A stretch of 63,966 nt of DNA, counting the filler, from Thermodesulfobacteriota bacterium (GTDB taxonomy: Bacteria > DASVDK01), in assembly GCA_036381125.1 (NCBI GenBank). It is 8 parts of 8 records of this genome, joined end to end, with 100 filler letters (N's around TTAATTAATTAA, not from the genome) between each part and the next. Parts side by side here need not be neighbours in the genome. Positions count along the whole stretch, not along the records: positions 1 to 6,538 come from DASVDK010000145.1; positions 6,639 to 24,107 come from DASVDK010000146.1; 6 more parts are not named here. One strand, given 5' to 3'. The notes beneath the pieces were generated by a model that saw nothing but the letters and a program-made list of their open reading frames with translations, searched no databases and was not told the DNA's origin. Both the position numbers and the translations under genes were made by a program. Below, in pieces: positions 1-8,676 of this stretch (its first letter is position 1; each line of letters begins with the position of its first letter).

Positions 1-216
1 CTCGACCCGAAGACCGCGCACGTCATCTACGCGCACCTGCGCGACCTCGTGACCCGGGAGGGGCGCACGGTCCTCATGGTCGATCAGAACGTCCTCGCCG
101 GGACCGAGGCGGCCGACTACATCTACGTGCTCGAGCTCGGCCGCAACCGGATCGCCTGCGACCGGGCCGAGTTCGAGGCGCGGTACCGCGCGACGATCGC
201 GGAGTGGCTGATCTGA
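1..216 (+). CDS. ABC transporter ATP-binding protein (LivF-like), 3' end only
   Basis: Frame 1 reads LDPKTAHVIYAHLRDLVTREGRTVLMVDQNVLAGTEAADYIYVLELG...WLI*. This is the post-Walker-B and H-loop region of LivF-type ATPases. Confidence 0.75.
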   Translation, partial: LDPKTAHVIYAHLRDLVTREGRTVLMVDQNVLAGTEAADYIYVLELGRNRIACDRAEFEARYRATIAEWLI

Positions 217-344
217 GGGCGCCCGACCTGCACGGCCGACCACCGTTGTGTTCTCTTCCGTGCTAACATCGCTACCTGACAGAGCGCCTGCTCGTGCCAG
301 CCACGCCATCACGATCACGGGCAAGGTTTCCGGTGGTTGTATGT

Positions 345-364
345 TGTTATCAGCGGTGATAACA
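345..364. promoter_or_regulatory. Inverted repeat, likely toxin-antitoxin operator overlapping the promoter
   Basis: Perfect 8-bp inverted repeat TGTTATCA-GCGG-TGATAACA. It is AT-rich, sits just upstream of the toxin GTG (367), and overlaps TTGTAT(337)-N17-TAACAT(360). Confidence 0.55.
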
Positions 365-366
365 TC

Positions 367-677
367 GTGGCATGGGCGGTCGAGTTCTTCGCGGACGCGG
401 TGGCGGCCGAGATCCGAAAGTGGCCGAAGGGCATCCAGGCCCGGTCTTGCAGATGCCCGACTCCCGCGCGCTGGGCGGAGGCCTCTTCGAGCTCCGGTGC
501 AAGGGATCGGAGGGGATTGCCCGAGTGTTCTACGGCGTGTTCTCGGATGACCGGGAACTCTGGCTGCTGCACGCGTTCCGTAAGCAGACACAGCGGACGC
601 CGCGCGATGACCTGGCGCTCGCGAAGAGGCGCCTGAGGGCGCTGCGCGAGGAGAAGAAGACGAAGAAGAAGGGGTAG
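367..677 (+). pseudogene. RelE/HigB-like (Gp49/DUF891-type) toxin, frameshifted near 445
   Basis: The N-terminus VAWAVEFFADAVAAEIRKWPKGIQAR is in one frame. The C-terminus LQMPDSRALGGGLFELRCKGSEGIARVFY...LLHAFRKQTQRTP is in another. The usual intervening segment appears to be missing. Confidence 0.75.
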
Positions 678-689
678 GAGACCGGGATC

Positions 690-1103
690 ATGGCAACGAC
701 GAAGTACGACACCTTCCGAGCCGAGCTGCTGGCCCATCCCGAGACCAGAGCCGCCTACGACGCGCTCGAGCCGAAGTACGGTCTTCTGCGCGCCCTCGTT
801 GCGGCGCGCGAGGCGGCCGGGGTGACGCAGGCAGAGATGGCCAGGCGGATGGGCACCTCGCGCTCCGCGCTGTCGAGACTGGAGTCGGCCGCGGGGCCGT
901 CGCCCAACTGGGAGACCGTGACCCGCTATGCCCGGGAAGCCGGATACGAGATCGAAGTGCGCCTACGGCCAGCGGCGAAGAGAGGGCGTACGATCACCGC
1001 GCGGATTCCCGCCCGGCCCGTCGGCCGTGGGGGTGCTGCCGCGAAGACGCGATCGCGCAGCACCGGCGCGCGGGCACGCGGCGGCCTATCCGTCCACGGT
1101 TAG
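690..1103 (+). CDS. HigA-like XRE-family HTH antitoxin
   Basis: ETRAAYDALEPKYGLLRALVAAREAAGVTQAEMARRMGTSRSALSRLES is an XRE HTH. It lies directly downstream of the toxin, with a GGAG RBS. Confidence 0.8.
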   Translation: MATTKYDTFRAELLAHPETRAAYDALEPKYGLLRALVAAREAAGVTQAEMARRMGTSRSALSRLESAAGPSPNWETVTRYAREAGYEIEVRLRPAAKRGRTITARIPARPVGRGGAAAKTRSRSTGARARGGLSVHG

Positions 1104-1120
1104 CGCGTCGGCGAATCCGG

Positions 1121-2391
1121 TGTGACCGACTGGAGAAGCCGGTCAGGATCGCGCCCTGGCCCCGCGACCACATCGTCCGGATCGACGCCGCCGAGTTCCC
1201 GTCCGCGTTCGGGCCGGAGGGCCGAGAGGAGCTGGCGGCGCTGCGCGCAGAGGCACTGTCCGAGGCCGGGGCCGTGCGCCTCACACGGCACCGGGGACCG
1301 GCCGCCGGAGAGCCGTACGAGGTGAGGCTCGGTCCGGCCGAGGTCGAGACCGCCTACCGGCTGGCCATCGCGGAGGGCTTCGAGCCGCTCGGCGTCGGGC
1401 TCGCCGCGCTCGAGGCGCGGGCCCGGACGCTCCGCGAGGGGACAGCCGCGCCGGGTGGGGAGCGGCCGCCGGACTCGATGAGCCGGTTCCTGGAAGCGGT
1501 AGAGCGGGGCGCCCGGGAGGCCGACCTCGCACCGCTCGGGATGCGCCGCGAGCGCTTCAAGGCCGAACGGCGGGACGTCCTCGACGCCCTCGACGCCGCC
1601 GTCGCCCTGGCCCGCGGCGTCCAGGGCTGGGGGCGGGTCGTGAGCGAGCGGGTCTTCGGCGACTCGAAGCGGCTCGGCGCGATCGAGAGCCGGGTATCCC
1701 AGCTCCTCGTGCGGGCCGATCCACGCTGGGACGGCATCGCCCCCGACGAGGCGACGGACCTGCTCGAGGCTTACGGCGTGCGGCGCCGGCCAGGCCTGCT
1801 CCGCTGCGCGGGGGCGGCCGAGCTTCGGATCGGCGAGCGCGCCTATCGGCTCGAGGACTTCACGCCGACGGCCACGCTTCCCGATGCCTGGGCGGCCGCC
1901 TGGGTGGAAGGGGTCTGCCGGGCGGCCCCAGCCGTCGTCACCACCATCGAGAACGAGTACCCGTTCCTGTCGTACGTGGAGGAGGCGGGCGGCCCGGCGG
2001 CCCTCGGGGCGCGAGGCGAGGTGGTCGTCTACACGCGGGCTTTCCCCCGCCGTCCCTCGTCGAGAGCCTTGCCGCCGTCGTGAGGCGGCGCCCCGAGACC
2101 GCCTTCCGCCACTGGGGCGACGCCGACGTGGGCGGCCTGCGCATCTGGTGGCTGCTCCGTACGCGCCTCGGCTGCCCCGTCCACCTCTTCCGCACGACCC
2201 CGGAGTGGCTCGAGGAGGCCGCCGCCTCCGGCGGCAGGCCGCTCCCCACGGCCGAGCGCGCCGCGCTCGAGCGCTTCGGCGCCCTGCTCGCCGGCTCCGG
2301 CACGGGCGGAGCACCCGACGTGGCTCAAGCGCGCCGTCTCGTCGCGTCGCTCCTGCGCCTTGGGGTCAAGGTCGAGCAGGAACGGTACTGA
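1121..2391 (+). pseudogene. Wadjet JetD-like (DUF2220, Toprim-type) protein, frameshifted and lacking a clear start
   Basis: TTIENEYPF...VVYT is in one frame, and GFP...FRHWGDADVGGLRIW...KVEQERY* is in another. Adding one G at about 2036 restores YTAGFP. The upstream frame is open without an obvious start or RBS. Confidence 0.65.
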
Positions 2392-2433
2392 TCCGTGCCC
2401 GATGGCTCGTTGCCGGCTCCGGGCACAGGGGTC

Positions 2434-2707
2434 ACGAGAGCGCCACATGATCCTCCCCGACCTCACCGTGGTCGAGAACCTCGAGATGGGCACCTGGAGC
2501 TTCCGGGGCGACCGGGCGCGGGCCAGGCGGGCGATCGAGCGGGCCTTCGAGCGGGCGCCCGGGCTGCAGGAGTTCCGCGACCGGCCCGCCGGGGTCCTGA
2601 GCGGCGGCCAGCAGCGGCTCCTCGAGCTCGAGCGGGCCCGCATTTCGGACCCGCGGCTCCTCCTGGTGGACGAGCCGACGGTCGGCCTTGACCCGAAGGC
2701 CGTTTGA
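2434..2707 (+). pseudogene. ABC ATPase internal fragment (LivF-like)
   Basis: MILPDLTVVENLEMG...LSGGQQRLLELERARISDPRLLLVDEPTVGLDPKAV* contains the signature and Walker B but no Walker A and no C-terminus. Confidence 0.7.
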
Positions 2708-2782
2708 GACGGCCCCCTGTCGTGCGTGACGAGGAGGAAGAGGTCGCCCTCCTCGTGATAGGGGTGCAGGAAGATCGCCCCG

Positions 2783-4222
2783 TCACTCCCCGACGCCGCC
2801 CACCGGCTGGTCGATCGGCGCCGGAGGCGGTCGGCGCTCGTGCCAGCGGGTCGCCCGCTCGAATGCGAGGCCGACGCGCAGCACGGTCGCCTCGTCGAAG
2901 GGCCGGCCGACGATCTGGAGCGACACCGGCAGCCCCTGCCGGTCGAACCCGCAGGGCAGCGCGAGGGCGCAGAGGCCGAGATAGTTGACCGCGCGGGTGA
3001 AGCGGCTCAGCGGCAACGCCCCCTCGTCGACCTCGGTGACCGGGATCGCGACGATCGGGGTGGTCGGCGTCAGGAATGCGTCGAAGCCCGCGAGGGCGCC
3101 GATGAAGGCACGGGCCGAACCGCGGCGGTGATCCAGGGCGTCGAGGTAGTCCGCCGCGCCCACGCGGGCCCCGGCCAGGAACCTGGCCCGCACGTGTGGG
3201 TCCATCCGCGCGCCCTCGCGCTCGACCAGGTCCCGGTGGGCCGCGTAGGCCTCGGGAGCCATCACGATGCCGGCGCGGGCGGCGTAGTCGCCCAGCGGCT
3301 CGGTGAGGGCGAGCGGCTCGACCTGGGCCCCGGCCCGGACCAGCTCGGCAACCGCCTCGTCGAAGGCCAGCAGCACGTCGGGGTCCACCCCGTCCCGGTC
3401 GCGCGGCGGCAGAAGGGCGAGCCGCATCCCCCGGACGCCGGCGCCGAGCACGGGCGATACGTCCGCGGCCGGCGCCGCCGCGGTCAGCGGGTCCTCCGCG
3501 TCAGGCCCCGCCATCACCTCGAGGAGGAGGGCGGCGTCCTCGACCGACCGGGTCATCGGGCCGATCGAGTCGAGCGTCCGGCTGAGCGGCACGACACCGT
3601 ACAGGCTGACACGGCCGGCCGTCGGCTTGAGGCCGACGATCCCGCAGAGCGACGCGGGAATGCGGATGGAGCCGCCGGTGTCGCTCCCGATCGCCGCGGT
3701 GACCATTCCGGCCGCGACCGCGACGCCGGAGCCGCTGCTGGATCCGCCGGGCACCCGGTGGATCGACGGGTCCCATGGGTTCCTGGGGGTGCCGAGCGAG
3801 GCGTTCGTTCCCCAACCCCCGTACGCGAACTCGACCATCCCGGTCTTGCCGAGCACGATCGCTCCCGCGGCCCGCAGGCGCGTAACCACGGTCGCGGTGA
3901 TCGACGAGCGGCGGTCCTGCAGGAGGAGGGATCCGCACGTGGTTCGCCGCCCCTCGATCTCGATCAGGTCCTTGAGGGCGACCGGGATGCCGTGCAGGGA
4001 CCCGAGGTACCGTCCCGCCCGGATGAGCCGGTCCGCCTCATCCGCGGCGAGCCGCGCCTCGTCGCGGTACACCTCGGCGAAGGCGCCGAGGTGGGGATCG
4101 AGCGCCGCGATCCGGGCGAGGCAGGCCTCGACCAGCTCGGGCGGCCGGATCTCACGCGCGGCAATGCGCGGCGCCAGCCTGTGGATCGGGAGCCAGGCGA
4201 GGTCGTCCGGTCGATCGGCCAC
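2783..4222 (-). CDS. Amidase signature family protein (GatA-like amidase)
   Basis: HGIPVALKDLI, PGGSSSGSGVAVA and GSDTGGSIRIPASLCG motifs. Confidence 0.9.
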   Translation of the reverse strand: MADRPDDLAWLPIHRLAPRIAAREIRPPELVEACLARIAALDPHLGAFAEVYRDEARLAADEADRLIRAGRYLGSLHGIPVALKDLIEIEGRRTTCGSLLLQDRRSSITATVVTRLRAAGAIVLGKTGMVEFAYGGWGTNASLGTPRNPWDPSIHRVPGGSSSGSGVAVAAGMVTAAIGSDTGGSIRIPASLCGIVGLKPTAGRVSLYGVVPLSRTLDSIGPMTRSVEDAALLLEVMAGPDAEDPLTAAAPAADVSPVLGAGVRGMRLALLPPRDRDGVDPDVLLAFDEAVAELVRAGAQVEPLALTEPLGDYAARAGIVMAPEAYAAHRDLVEREGARMDPHVRARFLAGARVGAADYLDALDHRRGSARAFIGALAGFDAFLTPTTPIVAIPVTEVDEGALPLSRFTRAVNYLGLCALALPCGFDRQGLPVSLQIVGRPFDEATVLRVGLAFERATRWHERRPPPAPIDQPVGGVGE

Positions 4223-4251
4223 CGCATCCTCCGGGAGCTCAGTGCGGCGCG

Positions 4252-5007
4252 TCAGGCGCCGAGGTAGGCGTCCGCGACCGCGCGGTCGCCGGCGAGGGCT
4301 TCGGACGTGCCCGACAGAACGGTCCGGCCGCCCTCGAGCACGTACGCGCGGTCCACGATCTCGAGGGCGAGCCGCGCGTTCTGCTCCACCATCAGCACGG
4401 TCGTCCCCTCCTCGTTGAGCACGAGGATCAGCTCGAAGATCTGCGTCACGATCTTCGGCGCGAGCCCCATGGAGGGCTCGTCGAGCAGGAGGAGGCTGGG
4501 GCTCGACATCAATGCCCGCCCGATCGCCAGCATCTGCTGCTCGCCTCCCGAGAGGGAGCCGGCGGGCTGGCTGCGCCGCTTCGCGAGCACCGGGAACAGA
4601 TCGAACACGCGGGCCAGCGAGCGCGCCACCTCGCGCCGATCGGGGCGCGTCACCGCCCCCAGCTCGAGGTTCTCGAGTACCGTGGAATGGGCGAAGACGC
4701 GGCGGCCCTCCGGCACGAGCGCGATCCCGGCCCGGACCCGGGCGGCCGGGGTCCTTCCCGCGAGGGAGGCCCCGCGGTATCGGACCGACCCGCCGTCCGG
4801 GGCGAGGAGGCCGGCGATGCTCTTGAGGGTCGTCGTCTTCCCGGCCCCGTTGGCGCCGAGCAGCGCGACCAGCTCGCCTTGCGCAACCTCGAAGGAGACG
4901 CCGTCGAGCGCCCTCACCGGCCCGTAGCTGACGCGCAGCGCGTCAACGGCGAGCAGCGCGCCGCCGGATTCCCCGCCCCTCGCCGAGGTAGGCTCTGATG
5001 ACGTCAT
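4252..5007 (-). CDS. livF: Branched-chain amino acid ABC transporter ATP-binding protein
   Basis: GANGAGKTT, LSGGEQQMLAIGRALM and LLLLDEPSMGLAP. The start is uncertain because it overlaps the upstream gene. Confidence 0.85.
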   Translation of the reverse strand: MTSSEPTSARGGESGGALLAVDALRVSYGPVRALDGVSFEVAQGELVALLGANGAGKTTTLKSIAGLLAPDGGSVRYRGASLAGRTPAARVRAGIALVPEGRRVFAHSTVLENLELGAVTRPDRREVARSLARVFDLFPVLAKRRSQPAGSLSGGEQQMLAIGRALMSSPSLLLLDEPSMGLAPKIVTQIFELILVLNEEGTTVLMVEQNARLALEIVDRAYVLEGGRTVLSGTSEALAGDRAVADAYLGA

Positions 5008-5749
5008 CGTTCCGCCGGACCTCCTCAGGGACGCCTTCCGCGATCTTCTGGCCGAAGTTCAGCACGGTGATCCGGTCGCAGATCGACATGATCACGCGCA
5101 TCTTGTGCTCCACGAGCAGGATCGTCGTCCCCCGTTCCGCGATCCGATGCAAGAGGGCGACGACGCGGTCGACCTCGCCGGGGTTCATGCCGACGAGCGG
5201 CTCGTCGAGCAGGAGCAGGCGCGGCTCCGTGGCCAGGGCGCGCGCGATCTCGAGGAGCCGCCGCTCGCCGTAGGGGAGGCTGTCCGCCGGGCGATCGACC
5301 CTGGCGGACAGCCCCACGAACTCGACCAGCAGCCTCGCGCGCTCGCGCACGGCGGCTTCGGCGCGCCGGTGCCGCCCGGTGAGGACCGCGAGGAGCCCGT
5401 AGCCGAGGTGGCGGTGGGCGCCGACCAGCACGTTCTCGAGCACGCCGAGCCGCCCGAAGACGCGGAGGTTCTGGAAGGTGCGGCCGATGCCGGCCTGCGC
5501 CATACGGTGGGGCGGTAGACCCGCGATGTCGCGCCCGGCGAAGCGGATCCGCCCCGCGGTCGGCCTGAGCACGCCGCTGAGCACGTTGAGCGCCGTGGTC
5601 TTCCCGGAGCCGTTCGGGCCGATCAGGCCGTGGATCCCTCCGGCCTCGACGCGCATGTCGAGACCGTCGAGGGCCCGGAGTCCCCCGAAGTGCCGGTGGA
5701 GGCCGACCGTCTCGAGCAGCGCCTCGCGCTCGGCCGACCGGTCGCTCAC
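4943..5749 (-). CDS. livG: Branched-chain amino acid ABC transporter ATP-binding protein
   Basis: GPNGSGKTT, RTFQNLRVF, LPYGERRLLEIARAL and LLLDEP. The GTG at 5749 overlaps the permease TGA. Confidence 0.85.
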   Translation of the reverse strand: MSDRSAEREALLETVGLHRHFGGLRALDGLDMRVEAGGIHGLIGPNGSGKTTALNVLSGVLRPTAGRIRFAGRDIAGLPPHRMAQAGIGRTFQNLRVFGRLGVLENVLVGAHRHLGYGLLAVLTGRHRRAEAAVRERARLLVEFVGLSARVDRPADSLPYGERRLLEIARALATEPRLLLLDEPLVGMNPGEVDRVVALLHRIAERGTTILLVEHKMRVIMSICDRITVLNFGQKIAEGVPEEVRRNDDVIRAYLGEGRGIRRRAARR

Positions 5750-6538
5750 CGCGCCTCCCGCTGCGCGCTCGTCGCGAACCGCCGGGCGCCTCGGAGCCTC
5801 TTCCCGGCGCCGCGGAGCGCCCCCGGGAGCGACACGAGGCCGCCGGGGAGGAACAGCACCATGCCCACCACCACGGCGCCGAACACGAGATAGTAGTACT
5901 CGTTCATGAAGCGGAGCGCTTCGGGCATCAGGTAGACGGTCAACGCGCCGAGCAGCGAGCCGGCCAGGCTTCCGGTCCCCCCGACGACCATCATGATCAG
6001 GACGCGGATCGAGATGTCGATGGTGAACGAGTCGGGGTTGATGTAGCGCACGTAGTGCGCATAGAGCGACCCGGCGGCCCCCGCGATGCCGGCCGAGAGG
6101 ACGAATGCCTGGATCTTGAGGACCCGGACGTCCACCCCCATGCAGGCGGCCGCCGTCTCGTCGTCGCGGACCGCCATGAGCGCGCGGCCGAAGCCGGAGC
6201 GGATCAGTTGGTCGCAGGCGGCGAGGATGCCGCCCAGGACCGCGAGGACGACGTAGTAATAGGCGACGTCGTCTCGAAGGGTGTGGCCGGCGAGGGACGG
6301 GCGCGGGATATTCGGGACGCCGCTGATGCCTCCGGTCAGCCACTCGGCGTTGATGGATACCAGATGCGCGATCAGGCCGAACGCGATGGTGATGACGGCC
6401 AGGAAGTGACCCGAGAGCTTCAGCGCGGGGAAGCCGAGGAGCAGCCCGAAGACGGCGGTCACGATGAAGGCGGCGGGGAGGGCCACCCAGAACGGCACCC
6501 CGAGGCCGGTCGCGAGCAGCGCCGATGTGTAGGCGCCG
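5746..6538 (-). CDS. livM: Branched-chain amino acid ABC transporter permease (5' truncated by contig end)
   Basis: Hydrophobic protein with LKLSGHFLAVITIAFG, GRALMAVRDDETAAACMGVD and VVGGTGSLAG. Confidence 0.85.
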
Positions 6539-6638
6539 NNNNNNNNNNNNNNNNNNNNNNNNNNNNNNNNNNNNNNNNNNNNTTAATTAATTAANNNNNN
6601 NNNNNNNNNNNNNNNNNNNNNNNNNNNNNNNNNNNNNN
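6539..6638. other. Artificial contig linker
   Basis: N44-TTAATTAATTAA-N44, with stops in all six frames. Confidence 0.98.
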
Positions 6639-6959
6639 CTCGAGGCCTGTCTCGCCGAGGGACGGGCGGCGCGCTCGATCGAGGCCTTCGAGCGGGCGGA
6701 CGGCGCGCTGCACCTCGCCATCGTGCGCGCCACGCACAACCGACTCCTCGAGGCGGCGATCGAGGGCATCGACCGCGCCCGCCAGAACGCGGCGTGGGGG
6801 AAGCTCAAGCGCGACACGCTCACCCCCGAGCGGCGGGCCTCGTACCAGGCCGAGCACGAGGCCATCGTCGCCGCCCTGCGCGAGCGCGACGCGGACCTCG
6901 CCCGCGCGCGGATCGCCGAGCACCTCCTCCACGTCCGGAAGAACCTGCTCGGGTACTGA
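6639..6959 (+). CDS. GntR-family regulator FCD domain, 3' part
   Basis: ADGALHLAIVRATHNRLL...EHEAIVAALRERDADLARARIAEHL matches the FCD pattern. Confidence 0.8.
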   Translation, partial: LEACLAEGRAARSIEAFERADGALHLAIVRATHNRLLEAAIEGIDRARQNAAWGKLKRDTLTPERRASYQAEHEAIVAALRERDADLARARIAEHLLHVRKNLLGY

Positions 6960-7059
6960 CGCCGCGCCCGCGCGCGCCGCTACCGCACCGGCCGCCCAGG
7001 GCGGCCGGTCCGACCGCCGCCTTCGCGAACAGGGTTCGTGTCGGACAGGGAGGTCACTC

Positions 7060-7791
7060 ATGCGCGGCATACGCTCGCCCGGACTCCAGGGCGGCCTGCT
7101 CGTCGCCGCCGCCGTCGGCCTCGTCCTCGTCGTCCTCGCCTCCGGAGACCCCGCCACCGGCCAGGGGCGGTCCGCGCCGCCGGGCGCGACCGGCACGCAC
7201 CACGTCCTGCCCGCCACGCTCGAGACCGTTCAGTGGGGCTGGCTCGATCCCAAGGAGCCGCCGAAGCTCACGATCGAGTCGGGCGACACCGTGGCGGTCG
7301 AGACGATGATGCACTCCCACGACAAGATCCAGCCGGGCGTGACGATGGAGGAGATCGTCGCGCTCAGGAAGGCCAACCCGGGCGGCGGCCCGCACTCGCT
7401 CACCGGGCCCATCTACGTGAAGGGCGCCGAGCCGGGCGACGTCATGGAGATCCGGATCCTCAAGATCGTCCCGAAGCCCTTCGGGACCAACTTCAACCTC
7501 CCCGGGAAGGAGTTCCCGACCATCGGCGCGCTGGCGCCCGAGTTCCCGAACGGCTGGGTCCGCTACTTCGTGTTCGATCCCGAGCTCGAGACGACCGAGT
7601 TCAGGCCGGGCATCACGCTCGACCTGCAGCCCTTCCCGGGCACGCTCGCCGTCGGCATCGACCCCGACGACCCCTACGAGGCCTACGCGCTCACGTCCAT
7701 GGCGGTCGACTGCCGGGTGAGCCAGATCGTGGACGTCCGCAAGGGGGTCCACTGCATGGTGCCGAAGAGCCTCTTCACCGACCGCTCCTGA
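7060..7791 (+). pseudogene. Secreted acetamidase/formamidase-family protein with a large in-frame internal deletion
   Basis: Signal peptide, GPHSLTGPIYVKGAEPGD and PFPGTLAVG, then a direct jump to the C-terminal YEAYALTSMAVDCRVSQIVD. The GNMD and GDxHxxQGDGE motifs present in the paralogue at 35762 are absent. Confidence 0.7.
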
Positions 7792-7813
7792 TGGGGCCCG
7801 TGGCGCGACGGGG

Positions 7814-8668
7814 GAGCGGCTGCGCGTCGTCACGACCACCACCGACCTGCGCTCGCCCGTCGAGGCCGTCGGCGGCGACCTCGTGACCGCCGTGAGCCTC
7901 CTCGCGGCGGCCCAGAACCCGCACGCCTTCGCGGCCCGGCCGCGCGACCTCGCGGCCGTGCGCGAGGCCGACCTCCTGGTCCGGATCGGGCTCGATCACG
8001 AGCCGTGGACGCGAGCCCTCGTGGCGCGCGCCGGCAACCCCCGCATCGCGCTCGGCGGGCCGGCCGACGTCGTGGTCTCGAAGGGGCTCGACCTCCTCGA
8101 GCCGGCCGCTCGCACGGGCGGCCCGCCCGGGCATGCCCACGCCTTCGGCAACACGCACGTCTGGCTCGACCCCGGGCACGCCGAGCCGATCACGCGGGCC
8201 ATCGCGGACGCGCTCGCCGCGGCGCGCCCGCGCGAGCGCGAGGTCGTCGAGGCTCGCCGCGCGGAGCTGCTCGCGCGCGTCGAGGCCGGCCTCGCCAGGT
8301 GGACCGCCCGCCTTGCGCCCTACCGGGGGATCCGGGTCGCGGCGGTGCACGACAGCTTCCCGTACCTCGCCCGGCGCTTCGGGCTCGAGATCGTCGGGCA
8401 CCTCGAGCCGCAGCCGGGGATTGCGCCGCCGCCGGCCCACCTCGCGCGGCTCGCCGCCGAGATACGCCGTCACGGCGTCCGGGTCGTCCTCGCCGAGGCG
8501 TGGCAGCCCGAGGACCTCGCCCGGCGCGTGGCCTCGGCCGCCGGTGCGACGGTCGTCCTCCTGCCCACGTCGGTCGACAGCGTCCCCGGCACGGGCGACT
8601 ACGTGGCCCTGATGGACGTGATCGTCGAGCGGCTCGCGGCCGGCCTCGCGGCCGCCGCCGCGCGGTAG
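7814..8668 (+). CDS. Zn/Mn ABC transporter substrate-binding protein (ZnuA/TroA family), apparently lacking a signal peptide
   Basis: ERLRVVTTTTDL, QNPHAF, HAHAFGNTHVWLDP and VHDSFPYLA. The in-frame upstream sequence has no start codon or signal peptide; the first GTG is at 7883. Confidence 0.75.
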   Translation, partial: ERLRVVTTTTDLRSPVEAVGGDLVTAVSLLAAAQNPHAFAARPRDLAAVREADLLVRIGLDHEPWTRALVARAGNPRIALGGPADVVVSKGLDLLEPAARTGGPPGHAHAFGNTHVWLDPGHAEPITRAIADALAAARPREREVVEARRAELLARVEAGLARWTARLAPYRGIRVAAVHDSFPYLARRFGLEIVGHLEPQPGIAPPPAHLARLAAEIRRHGVRVVLAEAWQPEDLARRVASAAGATVVLLPTSVDSVPGTGDYVALMDVIVERLAAGLAAAAAR

Positions 8669-8676
8669 CGGCGATC

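Noticed and set aside
260-1106. Integron attC-like GCTAAC...GTTAGC around the TA pair
   Set aside because: The sites are about 840 bp apart, far beyond attC length, with no intervening hairpin and no integrase.
2783-4222. Amidase as gatA
   Set aside because: No gatC or gatB neighbours. It lies at the end of a liv-type transporter operon, so a catabolic amidase is more likely.
6539-6638. TTAATTAATTAA palindrome repeated seven times
   Set aside because: It is an artificial six-frame-stop linker inside N runs. Adjacency across linkers has no biological meaning.
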